Shown here piece by piece: positions 1 to 10,882 of a stretch of 64,000 nucleotides of DNA. Under the pieces are notes generated by a model. The model was given only the letters and a program-made list of their open reading frames with translations, was not told where the DNA came from and made no database searches. Origin of the DNA: an uncultured Methanoregulaceae archaeon (GTDB lineage: Archaea > Halobacteriota > Methanomicrobia > Methanomicrobiales > Methanospirillaceae). The position numbers and the translations under genes were made by a program. The number at the start of each line of letters is the position of its first letter. Positions within the stretch are counted from its first letter, which is position 1. The stretch is from positions 448,001 to 512,000 of the forward strand of contig CAWJAX010000005.1 in assembly GCA_963841015.1 (NCBI GenBank). The letters run 5' to 3'.

Positions 1-89
1 CCGCCATCGATAAGTTGTGCGTCTGTTGCACCGGTTTTTTCTTCGATGACTTCACCTATCGTTTTGTATATTTCCTGCAACATCAGCAT
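1..89 (-). CDS. argS: Arginyl-tRNA synthetase, N-terminal fragment (runs off window)
   Basis: Manual translation MLMLQEIYKTIGEVIEEKTGATDAQLIDGG resembles Methanomicrobiales ArgRS N-termini; start overlaps the aRF1 stop. Only ~30 codons are visible. Confidence 0.55.
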   Translation of the reverse strand, partial: MLMLQEIYKTIGEVIEEKTGATDAQLIDG

Positions 90-1354
90 CCCGTCCTGTA
101 GCGAAGGATTGCGGCAATTCCACCAAATGCGGAGAAGAGGATCGACCCCTCTTCAAAATCATCGGAGATAAGCTCGACTTTGGCACTACTCAGTTCAGCG
201 AGTTTGGTCAGTTCATCGATGATATCGATCTCTTCTTCAAGAATCACCGGTGCCGTACATTTCGGACACGAACCGAGAGGGATGTCCCGGACCGATTTTC
301 CAGCATCAATGTGCACTGTCTTCTCATCGGTAAAATCACAGTTCTGGCATTTTATCCGAAGCCTGGATTTACGGAGGTTTGCCGAGAGAAGCAGGGTGTC
401 GACTGCCCCGAGTTCAAGATTTTTCCTGATGCTCTCTTCACCATAGGCGGCATTGCTTGCATCCTTGACGAGCTCTCTGAGGAACTTGTCCATCAGTGCT
501 TTTTCTTTAACGACGCCCATGCCCTTGAGGGCGTCTTTTGCTGCATCCACAAGTTCGGAAAGCCCGTCTTCGTTGGTATATGCTACATCAAAGATCCCAA
601 TGATCCGCTTCTGGATCTCGTGATGGAGAAAGTTGCCTGCTTCAAACTCTTCTTTTGTCGGACTTGGGCCACCAATCAGCACTCCCTTGAACCGCTCGAA
701 GAAATCTTTTTCCGCGAGAAATATGGCACTGGCCCGCTCTCCTATTTTTGTATAAAATTCGGCAATTGCAATCTCCCTGAGACGCCCGAAACGGGCAGCA
801 GACTGGCCGCCTTTACGTGTCTTACCGGGGACTGTTGAGTTTGCACCTCCCATTGGTTCGATCCGGTTGCCGCGTAGAAATCCCCAGTATGCCTCCCGCC
901 GGTCAAGGACAAGGAGCCCATAGACATACTTTTCCTCAAGCATCTGCTTGAGCGGGTCGAGCTCGAAGTTCGAGCTGCAGCGGTACATATAGAGGTTGAG
1001 AGGTTCCGGGGGCTCTACGATCGTGCACTGGAGATCAGAACGATCACCATAGAGTTTGACCGTTCCGCAGAAGATCGCAAGTCCATTCTGGGGCGGGCGT
1101 TTGTAATACTTGAGCCGTGAGAGGATAGAGGATATGGCGCTCTGGACATTCGTACGTGTCTGTTTGCTTTTAATGTTGGCGCATTGGCCGAATTCATCCT
1201 TCAGCTGGTTTGTAACATCAAAGATCTGCTTATCGGGAGGAATATAGATCGTGATAAGTTCCGTCCCGTCTCCCTGCTGCAGCTCGAGCTTCTCAAGCGC
1301 TTTTTTGAACTCGTAACGCTTTCGCGCATCGTCCATCTCCCGTTCTTCTGCCAT
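83..1354 (-). CDS. prf1: Peptide chain release factor aRF1
   Basis: NIKS, YxCxxxF and GGQS motifs; Zn-ribbon insertion in domain 3; ends FGGIAAILRY. Likely start MAEERE at 1354. Confidence 0.97.
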   Translation of the reverse strand: MAEEREMDDARKRYEFKKALEKLELQQGDGTELITIYIPPDKQIFDVTNQLKDEFGQCANIKSKQTRTNVQSAISSILSRLKYYKRPPQNGLAIFCGTVKLYGDRSDLQCTIVEPPEPLNLYMYRCSSNFELDPLKQMLEEKYVYGLLVLDRREAYWGFLRGNRIEPMGGANSTVPGKTRKGGQSAARFGRLREIAIAEFYTKIGERASAIFLAEKDFFERFKGVLIGGPSPTKEEFEAGNFLHHEIQKRIIGIFDVAYTNEDGLSELVDAAKDALKGMGVVKEKALMDKFLRELVKDASNAAYGEESIRKNLELGAVDTLLLSANLRKSRLRIKCQNCDFTDEKTVHIDAGKSVRDIPLGSCPKCTAPVILEEEIDIIDELTKLAELSSAKVELISDDFEEGSILFSAFGGIAAILRYRTGC

Positions 1355-1389
1355 TGCCGGTCTCAAACCTCTCTAGAGCTATTACATAT

Positions 1390-2277
1390 TCACTCGCGTG
1401 TGGCATAAATTTGCGCCCATTGCATAATGATCCGGTCATCGACATCAGTATTGATGCCGTGCTCACCGGAAAATTCAATGAATGTCTTTGGCTCAGTTGC
1501 ATCCCTGAAGAACTGCTTCCCGCTATCGAAAGGGATAATGGGGTCGTTTGCTGCATGGAAGATCCAGACCGGGCGGGGTGATATTTTTGCAAAGTACCTG
1601 CTGGGTTCCAGCGAAGTTGCAAAACGGATCAGATTTCCTGAATATCCCTGCTGAATAGCAGAGTCGAGTACACCCCAATCTGATGTTGAGATTCCAACAT
1701 AACCGGAAAATTCCGGATCAATGCCGGCTGCAACTGCTGCATAGCGGCCGCCGTTACTTGATCCCATTGCATATACCGGGACACCAAACCTGCCCGAAAG
1801 TACCTGCTGTGCTGCCAGGAGATCACAGATAGTCAGATAGTACTGCGGCCAGCCACCTTTTTCAAACAGGGCCAAGTCCCGCTGGGGATTAAACGGGTAG
1901 CCGGGTGTCTGCCCTCCATTGCCACGAATGTCAACAAACAGAAACGCATAACCTGCGGCAGCGTACTGAACCATACGCTCTTCATGTCCTGCAGGTTTCT
2001 CCCCGGCTCCGGGTACATAGACAATCGCAGCCTTTGGATGTTCCGGTGCAGCGAGGTAGGTGACTACATCCCCTTTCTGCGTATGCATGATGACTTTTGT
2101 CTTGGTGTAGGTTCCGTTTTTGAACAAAATCTCTTCACTTGTGGTCACTGGTGCACATGAAACTGAAAGGACACCATTGCTGTCAACGGAATACGACGAT
2201 GAAGCCCGGTTTCCCGTGCAGCCGGCAATGGCAATGAATATAATAAGAAATCCTGTTACGATACTACCCCTGCGCAC
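1390..2277 (-). CDS. Secreted/lipoprotein alpha/beta hydrolase
   Basis: Signal peptide with IAGC lipobox-like motif; GSSNGG nucleophile elbow; HAANDPIIP Asp and terminal GEH His. Confidence 0.85.
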   Translation of the reverse strand: MRRGSIVTGFLIIFIAIAGCTGNRASSSYSVDSNGVLSVSCAPVTTSEEILFKNGTYTKTKVIMHTQKGDVVTYLAAPEHPKAAIVYVPGAGEKPAGHEERMVQYAAAGYAFLFVDIRGNGGQTPGYPFNPQRDLALFEKGGWPQYYLTICDLLAAQQVLSGRFGVPVYAMGSSNGGRYAAVAAGIDPEFSGYVGISTSDWGVLDSAIQQGYSGNLIRFATSLEPSRYFAKISPRPVWIFHAANDPIIPFDSGKQFFRDATEPKTFIEFSGEHGINTDVDDRIIMQWAQIYATRE

Positions 2278-2280
2278 GGT

Positions 2281-2778
2281 TCAGCACCCCAGGCAGTGAT
2301 GGATCAGACAAATTGTCTTAGCATCAACAATTGTGCCATCGCTGATCATACCGGTAAGATCGTTTATCGCAATATCCACAACCTCAATTACCTCATCCTC
2401 ATCTTTCCCAAATTCCCGAGATGGCGACAGGTCCCGGGCTTCGAAGAGAAAGATCTTCTCATCGGTGTAGCCGGGCGTAGTATATATAAAACCTTTTTCG
2501 GCTATTGTTTTCGCTGCAAAACCGGTCTCCTCGATCAGTTCCCGCCGTGCGGTCTCCAGCGGATCTTCCCCCGGTTCCATCGTTCCTGCCGGTGCTTCAA
2601 AGATATATTGATCTATGGCATACCGGTACTGCTTCAGGAGTTTGCACCGGTCACCATTGAGGGGAAGGATGGCCACTGCGTTTCTGGGGTGAACGATTAC
2701 CTTCTCTCTTTCAATGCCATTCGGAAGCCGGATCGTGCGTTTCTCGATCCAGAGTCGCCTGCCACGGAATATTTCCAT
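2281..2778 (-). CDS. NUDIX hydrolase, ADP-ribose pyrophosphatase-like
   Basis: Nudix box GTMEPGEDPLETARRELIEETGF, downstream YTTPG proline, DAKT tail. Confidence 0.9.
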   Translation of the reverse strand: MEIFRGRRLWIEKRTIRLPNGIEREKVIVHPRNAVAILPLNGDRCKLLKQYRYAIDQYIFEAPAGTMEPGEDPLETARRELIEETGFAAKTIAEKGFIYTTPGYTDEKIFLFEARDLSPSREFGKDEDEVIEVVDIAINDLTGMISDGTIVDAKTICLIHHCLGC

Positions 2779-3447
2779 TTATTCCTCGTATTCTATTGGA
2801 TCCCGCCTGCCGACTGCAGCGAATGCCTCTTTGCGGAAGTGGCACGACCCGCAGGTACCACATGCTCTTCCTTCACTCCGGTAACAGGACCAGGTATGCT
2901 CATAGGGAACACCGAGCTTCAGACCTTCTTGCAGGATATCTGTCTTCGTCATTGTGATGAATGGAGTGAAGAGAGTGATTTTTGTCGTATCTTTTGTGCC
3001 CAGATCAATCACGCGCTGGAATGCCTCAATGAACTGAGGACGGCAGTCAGGATACCCGCTGTAATCAAGTGACTGGACTCCAATGAAGATTGCATCGGCT
3101 TCCCTGGCCTCAGCAAAACTCGTTGCAATCGAGAGGAGGTTTGCATTCCTGAACGGGACATAGGTACTCGGCAAATGTAACCTCTCTGGATCATACTCTT
3201 CTACATCAATTTTTTTATCGGTGAGGCTGCTAGCCCCAAACTTTGCAAAATAGTCCAGGCTGATTTCAACAAATGCTTCAGCCTTCAGGAGTGAGGCGAT
3301 TTTTTTTGCACTGATTAGTTCCTTTCGTTCTGTCCGCTGTCCGTAGTTCATATGTAACGCGAGAATTTCATAGCCCCTGCTTTTTGCCACAAACGCGAGC
3401 GTTGATGAGTCCATTCCTCCAGAGAGTAAACACACTGCTTTCATCAT
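2779..3447 (-). CDS. queC: 7-cyano-7-deazaguanine (preQ0) synthase
   Basis: SGGMDS PP-loop, TYVPFRN, YPDCR, TWSCY...CGTCGSC zinc motif. Confidence 0.97.
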   Translation of the reverse strand: MMKAVCLLSGGMDSSTLAFVAKSRGYEILALHMNYGQRTERKELISAKKIASLLKAEAFVEISLDYFAKFGASSLTDKKIDVEEYDPERLHLPSTYVPFRNANLLSIATSFAEAREADAIFIGVQSLDYSGYPDCRPQFIEAFQRVIDLGTKDTTKITLFTPFITMTKTDILQEGLKLGVPYEHTWSCYRSEGRACGTCGSCHFRKEAFAAVGRRDPIEYEE

Positions 3448-4052
3448 TTCACCCCAACGATTTTGTGGAGCTGGACCTGGAATCGTACCGGGAGGTTGTT
3501 GTCCAGAATGAATTTTATTATCATGGTATAATCGCTCCCAAAGACCGGTGATAAAAAAATCTCTCCGGGGATCCGGTATGAGGTAATGATCTCACGGGCA
3601 TACTGGCAGTCAGCCCCGTCCTTTACGACAAACTTGACACTATCCTGTGAGCGAAGAGTATTAAGAAGTTCAAGATTGCTCTGCTCTCCCGAAGACGGGC
3701 ATTTCACGTCCATGCAGATCGATGCGTACGGTTGCAACCGGGTAAAGTTAATCGTACCATTCGTCTCGATATCTATCGCTGTTCCCCGCGTGTGAAGCGA
3801 GACCAGCAGGGGTTCAAGATCGTCAGCCTGCAGGAGTGGTTCACCTCCCGTGATACAGACATAGGGGGGATTCAGGCGCCAGACCTGCTCAAGGATGAGA
3901 TCAATGTTCATCTCCATGCCGCCGGTTTGTGCATACGGTGTATCACACCAGTGACAGTTGAGATTACAGCCGGCGAGCCGGATAAAAAGGCAGGGCTTTC
4001 CCTGGTTTTTCCCCTCACCCTGCAGGCTCCTGAAAATTTCTGCGATCTTCAT
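3444..4052 (-). CDS. queE: 7-carboxy-7-deazaguanine synthase (radical SAM)
   Basis: [37 protein letters not shown]. Confidence 0.95.
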   Translation of the reverse strand: MKIAEIFRSLQGEGKNQGKPCLFIRLAGCNLNCHWCDTPYAQTGGMEMNIDLILEQVWRLNPPYVCITGGEPLLQADDLEPLLVSLHTRGTAIDIETNGTINFTRLQPYASICMDVKCPSSGEQSNLELLNTLRSQDSVKFVVKDGADCQYAREIITSYRIPGEIFLSPVFGSDYTMIIKFILDNNLPVRFQVQLHKIVGVK

Positions 4053-4453
4053 TCAGTAAGCTCAGCACAAGCTGTCGGGGATTCCCAGACGCGGATCTTC
4101 GTTATTGTCACCTTAATTCCCAGATCCCGGCAGACCTTATAGAGATCATCGCGGATGATGGCTGCCATCAGCTCACTGGTTGGATCTCCCGGCGTTGTAA
4201 TAACCGGGTGGAACTCCTGGATGCGGGGTACCATCGGGTCATCGCAATTCAGGATTATCTGGTGATCGTACTTGTCAATCACCTGTTTTATCAAACTATA
4301 ATCTATCAGGATTTGCGTTGCCGGGTCTGGTTCTCCCTCCATCCAGACCTCAACCTTCCATCGGTGTCCATGGAGGTTGGCACATTTGCCAATATAGTGG
4401 AGCAGACGGTGACTGGTATCAAGGTGCACCTCTTTATAGATCCCGACTTTCAT
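4049..4453 (-). CDS. queD: 6-carboxy-5,6,7,8-tetrahydropterin synthase
   Basis: SHRL...CANLHGH, DH, PTSE and WESP motifs; first gene of the que cluster. Confidence 0.93.
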   Translation of the reverse strand: MKVGIYKEVHLDTSHRLLHYIGKCANLHGHRWKVEVWMEGEPDPATQILIDYSLIKQVIDKYDHQIILNCDDPMVPRIQEFHPVITTPGDPTSELMAAIIRDDLYKVCRDLGIKVTITKIRVWESPTACAELTE

Positions 4454-4617
4454 TGTATGCTATAGGTTATGGAAGATATAATATTATTACGAGTGAGGGA
4501 TAATAGTATAAGACAGGCAGGTGGGTTGCCACAATTTATAAATCGGTTACCTGCGTTTGTATATATCTCAGTGTAGGTTATCGATAACCACAAAAACAAC
4601 AAAAATGAGGCTATTTA

Positions 4618-5046
4618 ATGGGACAGGGTAAATTTGCAGCCAGAAAATTGGTTCGGGACTCAAACAAGTTCCGGTGGGCAGATAAAAACTATGCCCGCCG
4701 CGAACTTAATCTCGATGTGAAATCAGACCCGCTGGAGGGTGCTCCACAAGCGAGAGGTATCGTGCTGGAAAAGGTCGGTGTTGAGGCAAAACAACCAAAC
4801 TCCGCGATTCGCAAGTGCGTACGTGTACAGTTGATCAAGAACGGACGCCAGGTTACCGCCTTTGCAGTTGGTGACGGTGCAATCAATTTCATCGATGAGC
4901 ATGATGAAGTTGAGATTGAGGGTATTGGCGGGCGTCTCGGTCGTTCGATGGGAGATATCCCCGGGGTACGGTACGTCGTTACCAAGGTAAACAATGTCTG
5001 CCTTCATGAAATGGTCATTGGCAGGAAGGAGAAACCGCGCAGGTGA
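4618..5046 (+). CDS. rps12: 30S ribosomal protein S12 (uS12)
   Basis: [15 protein letters not shown] and GDIPGVRY motifs. Confidence 0.98.
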   Translation: MGQGKFAARKLVRDSNKFRWADKNYARRELNLDVKSDPLEGAPQARGIVLEKVGVEAKQPNSAIRKCVRVQLIKNGRQVTAFAVGDGAINFIDEHDEVEIEGIGGRLGRSMGDIPGVRYVVTKVNNVCLHEMVIGRKEKPRR

Positions 5047-5051
5047 TCAGT

Positions 5052-5630
5052 ATGAAAGAAACAGAAGGAAAGAAACTGCTTTTTAATAAGTGGGACGCGA
5101 GCGAAGTCAAGGTTAACGATCCTGGCCTTGTTCGCTATGTGAACCTGACAGCTTTAATCATCCCCCATTCCTGCGGCAAATTCTCTAAGCAGGAGTTCAA
5201 TAAAGCTAACATGCCCATTGTCGAACGCCTGATCAACCGTCTGATGCAGACCGAGAATAATACCGGAAAGAAGCAGATGACCATCCGGATCGTGCGGGAA
5301 GCATTTGAGATTATCAACAAGAAGACCAAGCGCAACCCGATTGAAGTACTCGTTGAGGCAATCGCAAATTCCGGTCCCAGGGAAGAGACGGTTCGTCTTA
5401 AGTACGGTGGTATCAACGTCCCGAAATCTGTCGACACTGCCCCGCTGCGCAGGGTTGATTCCGCAATCGGTTTTATAGCAGAAGCAACATTGAAGGGATC
5501 GCGTTCGAGCAAAAAGAAAGCGAGTGCAATCCTCGCCGATGAACTGATCGCCGCTTCAAAGGGCGATATGAAGTGTTACTCGGTAGGTAAAAAGGAAGAA
5601 CGCGAGCGTATTGCAAAATCCGCCCGTTAA
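5052..5630 (+). CDS. rps7: 30S ribosomal protein S7 (uS7)
   Basis: IVERLINRLM, GPREET, VDTAPLRRVD, ERIAKSAR; SD-like AGGTGA before ATG 5052. Confidence 0.97.
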   Translation: MKETEGKKLLFNKWDASEVKVNDPGLVRYVNLTALIIPHSCGKFSKQEFNKANMPIVERLINRLMQTENNTGKKQMTIRIVREAFEIINKKTKRNPIEVLVEAIANSGPREETVRLKYGGINVPKSVDTAPLRRVDSAIGFIAEATLKGSRSSKKKASAILADELIAASKGDMKCYSVGKKEERERIAKSAR

Positions 5631-5652
5631 TATCTTTTTTTGAGGTTATTTC

Positions 5653-7848
5653 ATGGTCCGCGGCAAAAAATCTGTTGAGCGCGCAACTGAGCTCATGAAG
5701 GATCCGAAGCACATTCGGAATATCGGAATTGTGGCACACATCGACCACGGTAAGACGACCCTGTCCGACAACCTGCTTGCAGGTGCTGGCATTATCTCTG
5801 AAGAGCTTGCAGGCAAGCAGCTGTTCATGGATTCAGACGCTGAGGAGCAGGCTCGGGGTATTACGATCGATGCCTCGAATGTCTCGATGGTGCATGAATA
5901 TGAAGGTCAGGACTACCTGATCAACATGATCGATACGCCAGGGCATGTCGATTTTGGTGGCGACGTGACACGTGCAATGCGCGCTGTTGATGGTGCAGTC
6001 GTTCTGGTTGATGCGGTTGAAGGTACCATGCCCCAGACCGAGACCGTGCTTCGGCAGGCATTAAAGGAGCAGGTACGTCCCGTCCTCTTCATCAACAAAG
6101 TCGACCGACTCATCAATGAGCTGAAAGTCGATGAGATGGAGATGCAGATCCGGCTCGGCAAGGTAATCGATAAGGTCAACAAGCTGATCAAGGGGATGAA
6201 CGAGGAAGCTTATAATAACGGCTGGAAGCTTGACGCTGCAAAAGGCACGGTTGCTTTTGGATCAGCTCTCTACAACTGGGCAGTCTCTGCCCCGTTCATG
6301 AAGAAGAGCGGTGTCTCATTCAAGGATGTCTATGAAAAGTGCCGTGAAGGAGATATGAAATACCTGGCAAAGAACAGCCCGCTCTCTGAAGTCCTTCTGG
6401 ATATGGTGGTGCGCACACTCCCAAACCCCTTAGAAGCACAGCCCCGTCGGGTCAACGTTATCTGGCACGGGGACAAGACAACTCCTGAAGGCAAGGCAAT
6501 GCTTTCCTGCGATCCCAAGGGCCCCGTCGCAATGATGGTTACTGACATCTCCTTTGATCCCCATGCAGGTGAAGTTGCCACGGGACGTCTCTTCTCCGGC
6601 AGCCTCAAGCGTGGTGACGGTCTTTATGTCATGGGCTCGGCAAAGAAGGAGAACCGTCTCCAGCAAGTCGGTATCTTCATGGGTCCCAAGCGTGTGGAAG
6701 TAGAAGAGATCGTCGCGGGAAATATCGCCGCAGTCACTGGTCTTAAGGACGCCATGGTCGGATCAACGGTAACTTCCCTTTTGGAAATGACCCCGTTTGA
6801 GTCGCTCAAGCACTACTCTGAACCAGTCATGACGGTTGCCGTAGAGGCAAAGAACATGAAGGACCTGCCCAAGCTCGTAGAAGTGCTCCGGCAGGTTGCA
6901 AAAGAAGACCCGACGCTGGTCATCACCATCAATGAAGAGACCGGTGAACATCTGATTTCAGGTATGGGTGAACTGCACCTTGAGATCATTACCGGCCGTA
7001 TCAAGCGCGACAAGGGTGTCGAGATCGTCACTTCAGAACCGATCGTTGTTTACCGTGAGACTGTAGTCCAGAAGGTTGAGTCCGTAGAAGGCAAGTCTCC
7101 GAACCGCCATAACCGGTTCTACTTTGATCTTCAGCCACTCCCTGATGAGATTGTCGACCTGATCAAAAAAGGCGAAATCTCCATGAACCAGCAGATGCTT
7201 GAACGCCGTGATATTCTCATCAAGGCGGGCATGGACAAAGACGAGGCTAAAAATATCAAGGACATCAAGGGCACTAACATGCTCATCGATAAGACCAAAG
7301 GTGTCCAGTATCTCAATGAGACCATGGAGCTGATCATCGAAGGTATCCACGAGGCACTCGCCGGTGGTCCCCTTGCGGATGAACCAGTCCAGAATCTCAA
7401 GATGACACTCGTCGATGTCAAGCTGCACGAGGATGCGATTCACCGGGGTCCCGCACAGGTTATCCCTGCTGTCCGTGGTGCGATAAAGGGTGGTATGCTG
7501 GTTGCCGGCGATTCTCTCTCAGAGCCGGTCCAGAAGATCCAGATCACGGTCCCGATGGACCAGATGGGTGCGGCGACTTCCCAGATCCAGGGACGGCGTG
7601 GACAGGTCTTTGACATGACGAGCGAAGGTGACACGATTACCGTCGTCGGTAAGGCTCCGGTTGCCGAGCTCTTCGGGTTTTCGGGCGATATCCGCTCCGC
7701 GACCGAAGGCCGTGCCATGTGGAACACGGAGTTTTCTGGATTCGAACTTGTCCCCAACAGTATGCTCAAGGAAGTTGTTGTAGGGATCCGTAAACGCAAG
7801 GGACTCAAAGAAGTGCTCCCGACACCCTCCGATTACCTTGCGGGTTAA
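5653..7848 (+). CDS. fusA: Elongation factor EF-2
   Basis: [21 protein letters not shown]; diphthamide loop [11 protein letters not shown]. Confidence 0.98.
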   Translation: MVRGKKSVERATELMKDPKHIRNIGIVAHIDHGKTTLSDNLLAGAGIISEELAGKQLFMDSDAEEQARGITIDASNVSMVHEYEGQDYLINMIDTPGHVDFGGDVTRAMRAVDGAVVLVDAVEGTMPQTETVLRQALKEQVRPVLFINKVDRLINELKVDEMEMQIRLGKVIDKVNKLIKGMNEEAYNNGWKLDAAKGTVAFGSALYNWAVSAPFMKKSGVSFKDVYEKCREGDMKYLAKNSPLSEVLLDMVVRTLPNPLEAQPRRVNVIWHGDKTTPEGKAMLSCDPKGPVAMMVTDISFDPHAGEVATGRLFSGSLKRGDGLYVMGSAKKENRLQQVGIFMGPKRVEVEEIVAGNIAAVTGLKDAMVGSTVTSLLEMTPFESLKHYSEPVMTVAVEAKNMKDLPKLVEVLRQVAKEDPTLVITINEETGEHLISGMGELHLEIITGRIKRDKGVEIVTSEPIVVYRETVVQKVESVEGKSPNRHNRFYFDLQPLPDEIVDLIKKGEISMNQQMLERRDILIKAGMDKDEAKNIKDIKGTNMLIDKTKGVQYLNETMELIIEGIHEALAGGPLADEPVQNLKMTLVDVKLHEDAIHRGPAQVIPAVRGAIKGGMLVAGDSLSEPVQKIQITVPMDQMGAATSQIQGRRGQVFDMTSEGDTITVVGKAPVAELFGFSGDIRSATEGRAMWNTEFSGFELVPNSMLKEVVVGIRKRKGLKEVLPTPSDYLAG

Positions 7849-8036
7849 TTTTCATCCCTCTCCCTTTTTTAGTGATTAATAAAAAGATAATCTACGGAAT
7901 AATCCACACATCTGTGGGATTGAAGTCCCGCTTAGTGATTTGTTCTTTTGGGTATTGTATCAAAGAGCTGTTTTTCCTTTGACCTTTTCACATTTTACCG
8001 AAATGGTAAAAAGAACCACGGGCAAATTTTATCCAG

Positions 8037-8549
8037 ATGAGTGAAGAGAAAAGATGCAAAATCGTGGTTTTCGGACCTTTTGGTGCCGGGAAGACAACGC
8101 TGATTCAAACTCTCGATCCTGAATCAAAACATGTGGAAGCTGCATGTGCGGGAGGCACTACCACAATTGCACTTGATTTTGGGAGAATACAGGCAAATGG
8201 GCATCATATCCATATTTTTGGAACTCCTGGACAGGAACGGTTTGAGTTCGCCCGGGAGATTATCGGGAAAGGGATGGATGGCGCGATACTGCTTATTGAT
8301 GCAACAAGCCCGGTTGACGATTTCATTCGACACCTCCACCATTCGCTTACTGCTGCAGGAATACCGTTTGTGATTTTTTTAAACAAATGCGACTGTATCG
8401 GAGCACGCCCCGATTTAATTGAAAAAGAGTTCAACACTTCAGCTATCCGGAAGGTCTCGGCAAAAGACAGGAAACAATCCCTCGAGGCAGTGTGCACTTT
8501 TGCACAGATCCTGCCACCACATCCAAACGGGCATTCCCCTGCTCTCTGA
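8037..8549 (+). CDS. Small GTPase, MglA/Rab-like
   Basis: GPFGAGKTT, TTIALDFG, GTPGQERF, NKCD, SAK. Confidence 0.9.
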   Translation: MSEEKRCKIVVFGPFGAGKTTLIQTLDPESKHVEAACAGGTTTIALDFGRIQANGHHIHIFGTPGQERFEFAREIIGKGMDGAILLIDATSPVDDFIRHLHHSLTAAGIPFVIFLNKCDCIGARPDLIEKEFNTSAIRKVSAKDRKQSLEAVCTFAQILPPHPNGHSPAL

Positions 8550-8567
8550 TGTTTTACTTATCCTGCG

Positions 8568-8915
8568 TCAGCAGGTTACATGTATGATCGCAAAAAACGA
8601 CCGGCGTTCTTTTTTGAGCATATCCAGGATCTCCGGAGTTGGCCGTATAACTGTTTCAAACCTGCTGAGCTCCCTTTCTGCTTCCGGTGTGATTGGAAGA
8701 TCCCCGTATTGCCCGGTTCCGATATAGACAATTTCGGGTTTTTCTTTTTTTACCACTTCCAGTTCCTGATCCGAGAGCGGAGTGTGCCCGTACGTACTTT
8801 TCAGTTCTTTGGATTTTTTCTTTGAACGTTTGGTAACCGAGCCGTCACGGTGAATAATCACATCGTGGTCATACCTGACTTTGTCGATCTCTATCCAGCC
8901 GAATTCTGATTTCAT
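8568..8915 (-). CDS. Mth938-like domain protein
   Basis: FGWIEID, GHTPLS, IGTGQYG, C-terminal HVTC. Confidence 0.85.
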   Translation of the reverse strand: MKSEFGWIEIDKVRYDHDVIIHRDGSVTKRSKKKSKELKSTYGHTPLSDQELEVVKKEKPEIVYIGTGQYGDLPITPEAERELSRFETVIRPTPEILDMLKKERRSFFAIIHVTC

Positions 8916-9005
8916 ATATGGATGGTCATTTGCATGAACGACAATAAAAAGGAAATGGGTGAATTAAAAGAAACGAAAAGCATAAAGAGATTAAAAAAAT
9001 TTATC

Positions 9006-9592
9006 TTAGACCATCACTGCACGGATAATAGTGACATTCTGAACCGGGCGGTCGCCGGCACCGGTTTTTGTTTTGCCGATTTTGTCAACAACATCCATAC
9101 CCTCTACCACTTTCCCAAAGACCGGGTGTTTGGTATCGAGGAAGTTGTTGTTGATAAGGTTGATGAAGAACTGGCTGCCGCCGTGTTCGGGCCGGCGTTT
9201 GCCATGGAGATTGTCCCCCGATCATTCCGGTTGGTTTTCGTGAACTCATCATTTATCTTGTAGCCAGGTCCACCCATGCCGGTACCAGTCGGATCACCTC
9301 CCTGGATCATGAAGCCATCAATAACCCGGTGGAAGATTACACCGTCGTAATAGCCTTTCTTCACGAGCGATTCAAAGTTCCCTGCGGTGATGGGCATGGC
9401 AGGGTCGAGCGCAATAGTGATATTACCCATATTCGTTTCGATCTTTACCAGTTTCTGAGATTCGGCGGAAGGTGTCATAGATACTGTCCCGGCCACTGGT
9501 GTGGCCTGTTTTGTCGCTGGAGCGGACTGAGTGCACCCTGCACAGAGAATAAAACCTGCAATAAGGATGCCTGACAGGATGGAGGTACGCAT
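9006..9592 (-). pseudogene. Cyclophilin-type peptidyl-prolyl isomerase (lipoprotein) with a 1-nt deletion near 9181; pseudogene or assembly error
   Basis: [14 protein letters not shown] and MANAGPNT in one frame; [30 protein letters not shown] continues in another frame to TAA at 9006-9008. Confidence 0.85.
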
Positions 9593-9665
9593 TGGTGACA
9601 TCGCTATTAATGTTAGAGCGGAAAGAAAATAAAGATTACAGGAAGGAACGCTTCCAGGGGATGAT

Positions 9666-10415
9666 ATGACTCTTACTGCACAGGAATTATACCAACGCGG
9701 GACAGCCCTTGTCTGTGCAGGGCGGTATGCTGAAGCCATCGCATGGTTTGATCGCGCTCTTGAGCGTACTCCACGAAACAAGGAAGTGCTCGTTGCCCTC
9801 GCCGCAGCAGTGGACCGTCTCGGTCTTTTCCAGGAAGCGGTCCTCAGCTGTGATCAGGCACTGGAGATTGATGATCAGTACCCTGACGCATGGTTTGTAA
9901 AAGGCCTGGCGCTGTTCAGGCTCTCACAATACACTGAATCAGGCAGTTGTTTCCAGATGCTGGTAGAGATGGATCATACGCATGCAGAAGCATGGTTCAT
10001 GAAAGGGAACTGCCATTACCAGCTCGGTGAGTTCACCGATGCGATCCGCTGCTACGAAGAGACGGTCCGGATCCACAGGAAATACCCAAAAGCTCTCTAC
10101 AATATGGCCGTTGCCCTTGCAGAAACTGCACAGTATGAAGATGCGATCCGGTTCTATAACCAGTGCCTTGCGATGAACCCGGGGGTTGGCACCGTCATGA
10201 CAAATAAGGCCGTTGCCCTTGCACGTCTCGGGCGCTATGAACAGGCAGAAGTGTTGCTCAGGGAAGCGCTGGATCTTGATCCTCGTGATGTGACCGCATG
10301 GACCAACCTGGGACTCTGCTTAAGCCGGCTCAGGTACGAACAGGAAGCGATTGCCTGCTTTGAAAAAGTCCGTCAACTTTCGGGCGTCAAGACATTGCGG
10401 GATATCGTACCGTGA
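9666..10415 (+). CDS. Tetratricopeptide repeat protein
   Basis: About seven 34-aa TPR units (AWFxKG...Y/FxxAL). Confidence 0.9.
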   Translation: MTLTAQELYQRGTALVCAGRYAEAIAWFDRALERTPRNKEVLVALAAAVDRLGLFQEAVLSCDQALEIDDQYPDAWFVKGLALFRLSQYTESGSCFQMLVEMDHTHAEAWFMKGNCHYQLGEFTDAIRCYEETVRIHRKYPKALYNMAVALAETAQYEDAIRFYNQCLAMNPGVGTVMTNKAVALARLGRYEQAEVLLREALDLDPRDVTAWTNLGLCLSRLRYEQEAIACFEKVRQLSGVKTLRDIVP

Positions 10416-10882
10416 TAACCTGCTCTTTGTCATGCAGATGTTTTTCCGGTTTTCTTTTCTCCAGAATTGAAGATCACCGACGATACTCCCCTTTTAGTCT
10501 CTTATGCAGAAAATGAGTGAAATAAGCCCTATACGGGCTCTGAATCCCCTCTCGATCTTCACTTTCTCTGGATAAAACCCCGTAAATCCCTACTTTTCGG
10601 TTCGTGTAGAGAATATGCTCAATTATCGCTCTGTTTACCAAAAAACGGCAAATTTGCACCCACTCTAAAGCCCACCAAAGGCCCTGGAACCGAGGCAGAT
10701 TTCACCATATGGTTTAGCCCATATGGATCCATAAACCCTGACTGAACACCACTATAAAGGTCATTTTCTCCGATGACAATTGAAAAAAAGGCAGATGGAA
10801 GGAGCCAGGAAATGGTAAGATTTCCGTGTCTATGTGAGTTCTTCAGATTTTTTTAAGAACACATCCCTGTAATACGGAACCC

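Noticed and set aside
2779-4453. queCDE as a deazaguanine DNA-modification or defence island
   Set aside because: No dpdA/TGT-like or qat genes nearby; host-like GC; archaeosine supply explains it.
7510-7530. EF-2 reads SLSEP where LLEP is usual
   Set aside because: A single substitution that cannot be told from a sequencing error; no functional claim is supportable.
10808-10825. GGAAAT-N6-ATTTCC as an NrpR operator
   Set aside because: The GGAA-to-TTCC spacing is 10, not 6, and it lies between convergent genes.
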